A DNA stretch of 64,000 nucleotides from Octopus sinensis. Taxonomy: Eukaryota. Under the pieces are notes generated by a model. The model worked only from the letters and a program-made list of their open reading frames with translations. It was not told the DNA's origin and searched no databases. Position numbers and translations under genes: made by a program. Positions 1 to 11,565 of the stretch are shown piece by piece. Within the stretch, counting starts at the first letter, position 1. Each line of letters starts with the position of its first letter. The stretch lies in contig NC_043020.1 in assembly GCF_006345805.1 (NCBI RefSeq), positions 27,466,001 through 27,530,000 on the forward strand, written 5' to 3'.

Positions 1-1545
1 ATGTCAAGCGATGTCGAAAACTGTACTGTGTATGATAAGTTATATCAGAAATTAATAGTTTGACTGTGTTGTTGCTATAATCATTTATGTGTCAAGTAAA
101 TAAATCGTTGAAAGACTAATTTATTGCAGGAGTTGTCCAAAGATAAGCTCTTGGCTACATTCTCACTTTTCTTAACGTGAAACCGATGGTAGCCTTAATT
201 CGCAAATAAAGAATCTTTATCCATCAATGCAGTGTTGAGCACTCGTTTTCATGGTTTCACATTTACGTATATACAGTGCTCAGGTGCACCACACTCTATT
301 TAAGTAAGGTGTAATTCATAACCATATGAGAGAACATCATTTTACTAATTGGACTGTGGCCATGCTGGGGCACTGTTCCGAAGGGTTTAGTCCAGGCCTG
401 AGGGCCGCTTCTATACTAACAGAATTGAAAGCGTTTTACTTTTTCATATTATTACAATAACGAATAAATGATCGCTGATTCAACAGGAAATATTATCGTT
501 GCAAAAACAGTTGTATCTTTCTTTTTTACTTTTCATTAAAATCTTTAATTTTTGATAAAATTTTCAAAATGTTTGTTTAAATAAACCCTTTTCAAGAAAG
601 TATCAAGCCGGCCGCAAGATAAAAGTCTGTGGGCTGCATGCATCTTGCGGGCCTCAGGTTGGCCAGCCCTGGTTTAGTCAAACATATCGACACAGGCACT
701 TATTTCTATTGATTTCTACTGCTGAACCAGTAAGTTATGGAACATAAACAAACCAACACCAGTTGCCAAGTAATATGAGTGTGTGGTAAGGAACCTGCTA
801 AGGCATACTCACAAAAGGTAACACACACACACACAACAGGCTTCCACATAGTTTCCCAAATTCACTCACAAGGCATTGTGTGACAAAGACACGCACATAT
901 ATATTTCCAATGGGCTTCCACACTGTTTCCACTGACCAAATTCACTCACAAGGCATTGGTCATTCCAACACTTTAGCAGACGTTGCTGGCCCAAGGTGCC
1001 GCACAGTGGGACTGAACCCAGAACCATGTGGTTGCAAAGCCAACTCTGTTTTATTAAAAGTTTTCATAATTTTTAAAAAATCACCTGAAAGAAGAAAGGC
1101 AGCTAAATATTTCCAAAGAAATAAAACCAAAAATAAATAAACAGTTAAATCAATGAAGCATAATGAAAAAAACCCACAAAGAAACCATGAAAAAAGAAAT
1201 TTATTTATTACATTTTTGTACAAAAAAATTATATACATTGTGTAGCACAATTTTTAAATAAATATTTACAAAGAATATTTACAATGTGTGTCAGGTGATC
1301 AGATTGACTTTCACACACCCGCACATATATATATTAACAGGTTTTATGGTTTCTGTACATAATAAACCATGACATGTTCAATGCACACACTTAAGGGATG
1401 TGTATGTAGAGTCTGTTTCTTGTGTTTCTGAAGACTAGATTTAAACCTCTTGTCCAAAGGTTGCACATGGCTGTTGAAGGGGATTGATCTTCAGCCCTTA
1501 CCATCTTTATTGTTACTTCTGTTTAGTATCCATTCAGACAGTGGA

Positions 1546-1840
1546 GGCGCAATGGCCCAGTGGTTAGGGCAGCGGACTCGCAGTCAGAAGATCACGGTTT
1601 CGATTCCCAGTCTGGGCGTTGTGTGTGTTTATTGAGCGAAAACATCTAAAGCTCCACAAGGCTCCGGCAGGGGCTGATGGTGACCCCTTTTGTACTCTTT
1701 CGCCCCAACTTTCTCTCACTCTTTCTTCCTGTTTCTAGAGGAATGTTGCAATGGACTGGCATCCCGTCCAACTTGAGGAAACTGGGAAACCGGGCCTATG
1801 AGCCTGGCTACGCTTGAAAAGGGCGCATAAATAAATAAAT
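1546..1840 (+). mobile_element. tRNA-derived SINE
   Basis: A box TGGCCCAGTGG, B box GGTTTCGATTCC, central GCAATGGACTGGCATCCCGTCCA, (AAAT)n tail. Confidence 0.75.
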
Positions 1841-3348
1841 CCATTTAGACAACTAAATGAAAACCAATGGCACAGTTATATTTAGTTACCACTCATACAA
1901 AGGTTTTATTTTCTGGTGTGCTTGCAAAGAGCTGTTGAGTCAAGTGAAGTCGTCATCAAGGCTGATGCCAATAGTGATGGACCGGCACCCATGCTGCTGA
2001 CACATAACAAGCACCATTCAAGCGTGGTCGATGCCAGTACAGTCTGACTGGCTCCCAAGCCGGTGGTATGCAAAAAGCATCATTCAAGCATGGCCGATGC
2101 CAATGGCACGTAACAAGCACCATTCGAGCGTGGTCGATGCCGCTACTGCCTGACTGGTCCCCATGCCGGCGGCACGTAAAAAGCCCCCCACTACACTCTC
2201 GGAGTGGTTGGTGTTAGGAAGGGCATCCAGCTGTAGAAACTCTGCCAGATCAGATTGGAGCCTGGTACAGCCTTCTGTCCTCAGTCAACCATCCAACCCA
2301 TGCTAGCATGGAAAGCGGACATTAAATGATGATGAATGAAACAGAAAATACATTAAAAAAACATCTTTAAATATAACTGATGGTAGCAATGGTAAATACA
2401 CGCATACAAGTATTTTTTTCCCCTGGTTTCATGTATCATGAAGGAATTTTTGTTTTGGAAAAATTCTTTTAATAATGAAATGGAAAATAAATCAAAATAG
2501 CATCTTTACTGTTGCTAATCACCAGTATTTAAAACATGAACCAGATTATCAGAGTGGAAGAAGCTAACCCAAAATTATTTATTTAACAGTGTCAAGAGCT
2601 TTATTCCACACAGACTGATAACCTCTCAAACTGATCAAAGAGGCCATGGCAGGAGGGCCTGGTGGGGTTAGAGAGAAAGACACTTCAAGTTTATCTCCTA
2701 GTAACAAAGATTGAAAACGAACAAAAACATAAAAACGAGTTTGTTTTTTTTTCCCCTCAAGGCCACAAACTTCTAGAGTTGGTTGGTTATCTCTATAACC
2801 TAATATGGGACATGTGAAACAAAAGCAAAGTTGAGATTTGAACATGGAACGTGGCAGTTCACATGGGGCACTGGCACTCCTGTCTATTGCACTTCCTGCT
2901 GATTCTACCAAAAATAATAATTCTAAATTTTTGGCCCGAGACCAGCAATTTGGAAGGGAGTAAGACAGCCAATTACAATTGACCCCCCCCCCCAAAGGAT
3001 GAAAGGCAAAGTCAACCTCGATGGAATTTGAACTCGGACCATAAAAACTGATGGAATGCTACCAAGCATTTTGATGTGTGATAAGAATTCTAATATAATA
3101 ATAATCCATACCACTATAAACACAAGGCCTGAGAAAATGGGGGGGGGGGGTGTAGCAACAAATCAACCTCAGGACTTATACTTCGTAAGCCTAGTACTTA
3201 TTCTATCGGTCAGGGATATAAATACATCACCATCGGTTGTCAAGCGATGTTGGGGGAACAAACACACACACATATATATATATAAAACATTATTGGTGAA
3301 TTGAAGAAATGGAGCTGAACGCAGATTGAACAGAAATCGTTTTATTCA

Positions 3349-3425
3349 TTCTACACGTGTTCGAAAGGCACAAATTACCAAAACGATTGAATAATGGGAC
3401 CATATTGTGTCTTTCTCTTCAGGAA
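3349..3425 (-). ncRNA. Inverted copy of the hammerhead motif (core reads GAA instead of GAAA)
   Basis: Reverse complement of the left arm: CUGAAGA at 3422-3416 ... cctttc GAA CACGUGUA GAA. Confidence 0.5.
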
Positions 3426-3501
3426 GAAAAAAGGAAATCCGTTGGAAAAACAAAAACAGAACAGAGAACTGTTTTTGTTTTTCCAACGGATTCCTTTTTT
3501 C

Positions 3502-3578
3502 TTCCTGAAGAGAAAGACACAATATGGTCCATTATTCATCGGATTTTGGTAATTTGTGCCTTCGAAACACGTGTAGAA
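3502..3578 (+). ncRNA. Minimal type-I hammerhead ribozyme motif (Penelope-like)
   Basis: UUC-CUGAAGA(3505-3511), stem II G3512:C3563 of about 11 bp, GAAA(3564-3567), palindromic ACACGUGU, GUA cleavage after 3575, then GAA. Confidence 0.7.
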
Positions 3579-4680
3579 TGATAAAACGATTTCTGTTCAA
3601 TCTGCGTTCAGCTCCATTTCTTCAATTCACCAATAATGTTTAATTTCAATTATCCGCACCAACGCACGGTTGCAACGCCAGATGGTTGTACCTCCAACCG
3701 TGCTGTTTACTGCTGTGATTTTTGCTACTAAGGTATCGGTTAAACTTTTGATTAATCTACTACAAGATTATTCATCTTTCTATTTCACATAATATATATA
3801 TATATATATGTATATATACGATGGGCTTCTTTCAGTTTCCGTCTACCAAATCCACTCACAAAACTTTGGTCGGCCCGAGGCTAAAGCAGAAGACACTTGT
3901 ACAAGATGCCACGCAGTGGGACTGAGCCAGGAACCATGTGGTTGGTAAGCAAGCTACTTACCACACAGCCACTCCTGTACCTATTTACATAAGCAAAAGC
4001 ATATCCAAGTTCCTTGAGATGGGCCATCTCCAGAAAGAAGAGAAAAAAAATAAAAGCACATTCAAACGGTGCCATTTCTTTCCAGATCTCCACACAATCA
4101 TGTCCAGTCTGTTTACTGTTCAACAGACCATGCCCAGAAACAGGTGAGAATTGGTTCTTCCGGCCAAAGAAAACTGCCCTCAATGTGATCTTATTGGTCT
4201 CATGCGTGGAAAAGTAGATGTCAAGACGAGGTGAACACAACAGTAACTCAATGACTCACAATTTTCATTTTTTCAATCATTTCAGCAAGGGGAACAAATC
4301 TAGGCATGCTTCAGTCTTACTAGACCTCCTTAGCAGAACATAGACATTCACTCAAACCTGCTGAAGTAGTGGTGAAGGAATCAGCTACTGATTGAACAAT
4401 GTTGTACATTACTTCATTCGTTTTGCCTCCGTTTCTTTCCAGGCTTGCATGGGTTAGATGAGATATGTTATTGAGGCAGCTCTACAGTTGGATACGCAGC
4501 CTGTCACTAACCCTTACCTGTTTTTTCAAATAAGGGGTCTCTTATTTCACATATCTTTGATGGAACAAAGAAAGCATATAACTGGTTGTGAAGACATGTG
4601 ATAACATCACCATCACTCAAAGCAAGTGGCACACTTCTATACAGCTAAATGATGATGATATATATGATATATATATATAT

Positions 4681-4910
4681 GACGGCGAGCTGGCAGAAAC
4701 GTTAGCACGCCAGGCGAAATGCGTATCCATATTTCGTCTGTCGATATGTTACGAGTTCAAATTCCGCCGAGGTCGACTTTGCCTTTCATCCTTTCGGGGT
4801 CGATAAATTAAGTACCAGTTACGCACTGGGGTCGATGTAATCGACTTAATACCTATGTCTGTCCTTGTTTGTCCCTTCTATGTTTAGCCCCTTGTGGGCA
4901 ATAAAGAAAT
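4681..4910 (+). mobile_element. SINE family B (representative copy)
   Basis: GGCGAGCTGGCAGAAACG head, GAGTTCAAATTCC B box, CTTTCATCCTTTCGGGGTCGATAAATTAAGTACCAG core (Nin/Deu-domain-like). Other copies at about 14370-14598(-), 15761-15975, 17051-17280(-), 24948-25180, 46102-46340, 48648-48878 and 60613-60825. Confidence 0.85.
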
Positions 4911-5126
4911 ATATATACATATAACTTTATAAAATTTATAAATTTGAATAGTGTTCACTTCCGGATCCTCTCACTCTGTGAAAGTTTCTAGTTCGAATCA
5001 CACGTGTCTCGAGATGTGCCGAAGATTTTCTATTTTGGATATATTTGGGGTACTTAGGTCTGCTCAGGACTTAGTATTTGCTTTTGCCATGGGTATGAGT
5101 AAGTATTTCATTTATGTCTTACGTAT

Positions 5127-5187
5127 TTATCGCTGACGAGGAGAAAATTCTTATGAATTAACCCCGAAATTGGGACCAATACGGTAA
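5127..5187 (+). ncRNA. Type-I hammerhead ribozyme motif
   Basis: Stem I UUAUCG:CGGUAA, CUGACGA(5133-5139), G5140:C5165, GAAA(5166-5169), stem III AUUGG:CCAAU, AUA cleavage after 5181. Confidence 0.75.
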
Positions 5188-6539
5188 TAACGGATTTTTT
5201 AGAAATTTCTATCGGTTTGTTTCGAGACGTATAAATAATAATGGTTATTGATAATTTTTGTCTTTTTTTCAGCATATTTGGCATTAGAATTTTTCTTTTG
5301 TCCTTATTTTGTAAATTAAATATATATATATAAAGCACCATCCGTTCGTGGCCGTTGCCAGTGGCACATAAAAAGCACCCACTACACTCATGGAGTGGTT
5401 GGCGTTAGGAAGGGCAAACTGGGCCTGGTGCAGCCTCTGGCTTTCCAGACCCCAGTTGAACCGTCCAACCCATGCTAGCATGGAAAGCGGATGCTAAACA
5501 ATGATGATGATGATATATATATATATATTACCATCACCACCATTTAACATCTGCTTTCCATGCTGGCATGGGTTAGATGGCTTGACAATGAACTGCAGGG
5601 CTACATGCCATTGTCTCCAGCTGCAACGGAATGAGCACCATCACAAGACAGTTGCCTCTATAGCATTCAATCTTTGTCAAGAGAATTTTAGGGGGAAACG
5701 GTGGCGGAATTTCGGATTAACTTTAATTCCAAACAGCTTAATAAACAAACAAAATTATTTTGCTAAATTCTTATTTCCAAAAATTAAACTGAAACAAAGA
5801 AATATGCTAGCAAAATGGTTAAGAACCAGAATTATTTAGAATTATTTTGATGCCAAAAGCCAAAGAAAAAAAGATCCACGACCACCACCTCAAAGAAGCA
5901 TATTAAACCATTAAAATTTTTTTTAAATTAATAAAATAAAAGAAAACAACAAAACCAACATTTGGTCTCTACCTTTTCTTTTTTTTTTTTAAATTATATT
6001 TTTTTTTTATTTCAAAACTAAAAAGTTTTAACATTTTAAAAACAAATTGTCTTTTTACAACTTCAGAAAAAAAAACAAAAAAAAAAAAATTTTCAGAACC
6101 ATTTTCTGTTTATAAGACAGAAACAGTTTCTTTGAAGGGTTTTCTCTCCAACCCACCCACCCAACAAGGGTTTTTTATTTTTTGCTTCGGTTCTTTTCAT
6201 CTCCCTGATACTGTAAGTCTTTGACACTAAGTTTGGATTCTTCCACACTGACCCCATTAATGCTTCTTCCAACTTCAAAACTCAACTTAGCAAGTTTCAT
6301 GGCTTTTCTACATAATAGCTTCAAATTTTGTCACAGGGCCGGCAACATCAAGGAGGAGGGGGTAAGTCAATCAAGCGGACCCCAGTGTTTAACTGGTATG
6401 TTTTACATCAACTCTGAAAGGATGAAACGCAAAGCTTGAAGGAACAGCGCTAAGAACCTTGGTCACCATGTTAAGGACCCTGCCAAGTTGCCCCCTTTTA
6501 TATACAATATATATATACATAGGGTAAAGACCCACCTTT

Positions 6540-6850
6540 ATGGTCATGAATAACTATGGGATCACACCTAGGAAGTTCCCCTCCGAGGCACAAGTCCAGG
6601 CAAGGTTGTTTGTGGAAGATCAGCAGTCGCCCATGCATACCAGCCTTGCCTCTCTGTGCCACCAATGTTATCCAAGGGGAGAGCAAAGGGGCCAATACAG
6701 CTCGGCACCAGTGACGTCACAACTAATTTTTACAGCTGAGTTAACTGGAGCAACGTGAAAGGAAGTGTCTTGCTCAAGAACACAACATGCAGCCTGGTCA
6801 GGGAATCAAACTCACTACCTCATGATTATGAGCTCAACGCTCTAAACACA
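6540..6850 (-). mobile_element. tRNA-derived SINE
   Basis: Minus-strand head GTTTAGAGCGTTGAGCTCATAATCATGAGGTAGTGAGTTTGATTCC followed by GTGTTCTTGAGCAAGACACTT. Confidence 0.65.
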
Positions 6851-7000
6851 CACAGGCACCAACACACCGATATTCATTTTAACAAGCTGGCATGGCTGGC
6901 CCCCACCTTGGCATTTGACAGACTGATCTTGATGCTGAAGGGTTAAATATACACAGATGCAACATGAACAGAAGACGGCAACGAGAGAGAGAGAGAGAGA

Positions 7001-7039
<39 letters not shown>

Positions 7040-7230
7040 GGAGAGAGAAAAGGACCATCAGCAACATGAAAGAAGGAAGCTTCTACCTATTTCATTCAAC
7101 CCCATTTTGACGTTTCAAGTAAAATCTACAGCAAGCAGTCCCTGATTTCCTTAAAGGGGTGGACGTGTTTTCAATATGTATATTGCATTGGGAGTAGGCC
7201 CTTATACATTTTTGTTTCTTCCATCCATAC

Positions 7231-7431
7231 CAGTGCTTTTCAAACTTTTTGCCGGAGCGGAACCCCAAGGAAACCTTCCACTGGCTCGAGGAACCCCTGT
7301 GCAATAATTTAATAGTCTTATGCACACATATCTGCACAGGAGACTTAAAAATTACTGCCGATTTTAGCAGTTTTGTAACTTCTTGCGAAACCCCTGGACT
7401 GTACTGGCGGAAACCTGGTTGAAAACCACTG
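7231..7431. mobile_element. hAT-type MITE
   Basis: TIR CAGTG(C/G)TTTTCAA; perfect 8-bp TSD ATCCATAC at 7223-7230 and 7432-7439. Confidence 0.85.
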
Positions 7432-9234
7432 ATCCATACACTAGACCAAGGGTCACCAAACTTTCTTTCACAGGGGGCCAGATAACCGAGAGAGCAATGG
7501 TCGCAGGCTGCTTAACCATTTTGTGCAATGCCATACAGCGAATACACAATAAAAGACAACCAACATATTTATTCACCAAAAAGTTAAGGCGACGTTAGCA
7601 ATAAATTGGTATTATTTATACTAATGTACAAGTATAGTACTTCATCAAATTATTTAAGCAAATTTAATATATGTTTAATTTAGAGTGTGTCAAGCAAGGT
7701 GACCACCCCTGCTTTGGAAAAGACAATACAGAAAGGCTTTGGAAGCAAAAGTTCCAGAAAATTGATTTTGTACCCGTGTATGTGTGTATGTTTACAGACG
7801 TACCCCAACACACAATATCAAACATTATAAGCACTAATTTGAGATCAAAAAGAACAAACCCACCTTTTAACCCTTACTGTGCAGGAACCAAGTGTGCACG
7901 GTTGGCCCCGTGCATGTGCACTTGAGACCCAAGATCCAAGCTGAGTCATTTGTGGGAGGAGGGGGTCGATACTTCCTGGAGTTTCTCCGCATTTCATATG
8001 ACACGGTTCTCACATTTTAAATTTACTGGCCGATAGAGGGCGTGAGAGCCGATTCGCATATGATTAGCGAGTTACATCGTCAGCAGATACTTAATCAGCA
8101 CAGTGAGGGTTTTAATATATTCTTTAAATAGTCTTTTAATGTTTGGGACATTGTGTGCCAATATACAAAAACAAACATTTACAAACATATATCTCACACA
8201 CACACACACACACACACACAGAGGGCAGCCTTCAACTTGTGTCCAAAAGGGTTCCCATACTATTATTATCAGTGGTGGAAATATATATTTCTAGAGGAAG
8301 ATTTTCACAGACTATGGTTTCAACATTTGTGAGTCACTGGCGACAATGTTATATATAATCTCATGACTATAAAATTCCAGTCATTTGAGCAGGTGCTGCC
8401 TCCAAGAGCAGGTGCTGTAAGAGGAAGACAAGAGGATACCAATACCCAGATGTGGTTTCTAGGGACCAAGAACAGATTTAAAGAAAAGACAATTCCAAGG
8501 GCCAAGAAACAGACTCAACCAAGAGCCTGATGCCCTAACCACTGAGCCATCTGCCTTCAAATTAACAGCAAAGAATATAATAAACACAGACAGGTTCGCT
8601 TAACCCTTTTGTTACCGACCCGGCTGAAAGCAGCCCCGTCTCTGAGTACAAAGGTCTTGTTTTCATAGGTTTTGAATAAAAATCTCCCACCAAACCTTAG
8701 TCACAATTTATGTTCCTAACACTAGCATCTCAAAATAAATACAGTAACAAAAGGGTTAAAAAGAATCTGCTCCACCCAAAAGGACCGTCTACCTGAGGTA
8801 AGAGTTATATCCTACAAAGCAGACACAGTAGCCCAGGGCAGTTTTCTACCTGGCTGGTTCTCGTCGACCGTCCTACACATGCATGCATGGATGACAGACA
8901 TTAAACAATGATGAGGATGATGATTATCAAAAATGGTCTCATGACTTGTGGTTGCATGCGGTATACCTACACTCAAGCTCTTTTCATCCATTCCTAGCCA
9001 TGCTGCTGTCATTTCTCTCTCTCACGTTCCCTCCTCCACTCTCATTTACGTCCACCCGTCTTAAACTACCTAGTACTCCCTCTAGATTTCCTGCGTACAA
9101 GACACCTTCCTCCACTGCCTGTGTTAGTGCCATAACAGAAAGCTGCCAAATCATGTCCCCTCTAGAAAGACTGGCAACCACGACAACCCCCACCCCCTGG
9201 TGTTGGTGTCACAAAAAGTGCACGTTGTACATAC

Positions 9235-9485
9235 TGAGAAGTGGTTGGCAAATGAGCAGAGAAAGCATAAGGTTGTGAGGTCCCTTAGCCCTGTATCCCC
9301 AAGGACAAGCCTCTAGTACATTCTGTAAAGTAGTTGGCAAATGAACAGAGAAAGCATAAAGTTGTGAGGTCCCTAAGCCCTGTATCACCAAGGACAATTC
9401 AGCCTCTCTGGTGTTGATGTCACAAGGAAATCCTCCAGTACATTCTGTAAAGTAGTTGGCAAATGAACAGAAAAAAAGCATAGGG
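9235..9485. repeat. Tandem duplication, about 2.5 units
   Basis: Repeated GTTGGCAAATGA(G/A)CAGAGAAAGCATAA..GTGAGGTCCCT. Confidence 0.8.
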
Positions 9486-11443
9486 CAGTGAAGTCCCTAC
9501 AGTCAGGTCTTGCTGAGGGCTACCCAACTTCTCCAGTGTAGGCAATAGGAAGGGCATCCAGCCGTAGAAACCAAGCCAAATGGTGCAAACAAGCACAAAT
9601 CCATGGGAGAAATGGCTCCCAATAAGAAATGACTCAGACCAGGATTACCCATCCAACCCATGCTAGCATGAAAAGCAGATGTAAAAACGATGATGATGAT
9701 GATGACGATGATGGTGATCTTTCCAACATAGGTAGAAGGGTGGAAGTTTGGTGGCGGGGAGGGAGAAAGGTGGGGGGGGGAAAGGTCAATTGAATTGTTT
9801 CCGTCAGTACATAACTTGGTACTTTATTTTATTGTCCCTGGAGGGATGAAAGGCCAAGTTGGCCCTTAGCAGGACTTGAACTCAGAATGTAAACAGCAAA
9901 ACGAAAAAAAAAAAAAAAAAAAAAATATCTACTACTCTAAAAAATCTACCAATTCAAATACCCCCATAATGATGATGATGATGACTTTGTAAGAAAGGCA
10001 CAGGACCAAGAATTTAATGGAAAGGCAGTCTAGTCAATTAAACTGACCATGGAAGGATAAAAGGTTAAGTTGACCTTGGTGGAATTTGAACTCAGAACAC
10101 AAAGATGAAATGTCTCTAAGCATTTCATCCAGCACGCTAACAATTCCGCCAACTTGCTGCCACAATGATAATAATAATGATGATAAATATAATAATAATA
10201 ATAGTCCCAAATTTTGGCACAAGGCCAGCAATTTTGGGGGTAGGGGGAGGAGGTTAAGTTGGTCACAACAACCCCAGTACTTGACTGGTACTTATTTTAT
10301 TGACTCTTTACCTTCAGGATGAAAGGTAAGGTTGACCCAAGCAGGATTTGAACTCGGAACGTAAAACCAGACAAAATACTGCTTAGCATTTTGCCTGACA
10401 TGCAAACAATTCTGCGAGCTTCCTACCTTAATAATAATAATAATAATAATAATAATTCTTTCTACTGGAAGCACAAGGCCTCAAATTTGGGGGAAGGGAT
10501 TAAGTCGATTGCATTGACCCCAGTGTGTAACTGGTACTTGTTTAGTCCAACCCTAAAGGATGAAAAGCTAAGTCAATCCCAGTAGGGTTTGAACTCAGAA
10601 CGTAGCGGCATTTTGCCCGTCGTTCTAACAATTCTGCCAGCTCCCTGCCTTTCTACTCAAAGCACAAGGCCTGGAATTTTGAGGGAGGGGGCTAGTCGAT
10701 TACATCGACCCCCAGTGTTTCACTGGTACTTAATTTATCGACCATGAAAGGAAGAAAGGCAAAGTCGACCTCGGCAGAAAAATAATTGAATGATAACAAA
10801 TAAGATATTTTTACAAACGCAATGATAATAATAATGTACAGTATTGTTTTGAAATAACAGCCATTCCTGTTAAATAAACAAAAAGAAAGAAAATAATAAA
10901 TAAATAAAAGTTTAGCAATCCTTTTTCACATCAAAAAGGAACCCCCAACATCTTCTTCCAAAATAGTTACCCCCATCGATACCATCGTCCACTGCCAATT
11001 TTCTGAGGCTTGTTTCCATCGTTTTGGCCAGTGGCTCCCGGGTGTTTGTTTGGAAGACATAAGCACCGCTTCGGAATGAGAGCACCAGCCCTTTGCACAT
11101 ACGTACGTATATCAGGGCATATGTTGTCTGTGTGTGAGTGAGTGAGTGTGTGTGTGCATCTGAACTTGTGTGTGCATGCGTGAGTGAGTGATACCATTCA
11201 TGACTAATGGTAATGTGGTGGTTCCATGCCTGAACTCCTGCATGTTGGCCACCACCACCACCACCACCACCACCTCCCCCTGATTTTGTTTCTTTTTTTT
11301 TCTTTTTGCTTTTGCTGGGGTTATTTGTTTTCTTTTTGAAAAACTCCCCCAAAACAAAAAAATAGTAAAAAAAAAACCGACACCAGATTCTTCTTCAAGA
11401 GAGAGAGAAAGAAAGAGAGTGATCCAAGTTCCTGGGATGGAAT

Positions 11444-11565
11444 TCACTGATAAGCAGCCATCTTCCGTACTTTACTCAAATCATTCATCATACTACGCAG
11501 AGATTTCCGCAACAAGGGCAGGTCGGAGGAGAGTGGTGTCGTAATCTTCTCCTTGTCTTCCAGTC
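11444..11565 (-). CDS. PHF20: PHF20 terminal coding exon
   Basis: ttttcag|(R)[39 protein letters not shown]; TGA at 11446-11444; frame not in the ORF track. Confidence 0.92.

Larger units (their letters stand above)
3284..3790 (+). mobile_element. Penelope-like terminal-repeat remnant with inverted 5' duplication, inserted in the (TA)n of a SINE
   Basis: Arms 3285-3459 and 3469-3641, 9-nt loop, hammerheads in both arms, about 150-bp unique tail; splits a minus-strand SINE (about 3170-3280 and 3790-3990). Confidence 0.55.

Noticed and set aside
1546-1615. tRNA-like sequence
   Set aside because: Head of a SINE: no complete acceptor stem, and it continues into SINE body and tail.
4086-4143. 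Plus-strand AG...GT exon-like segment
   Set aside because: Isolated, with no partner exons or recognisable peptide.
8040-8090. Minus-strand CUGACGA in a CpG-rich fragment
   Set aside because: No GAAA or stem III at a usable distance.
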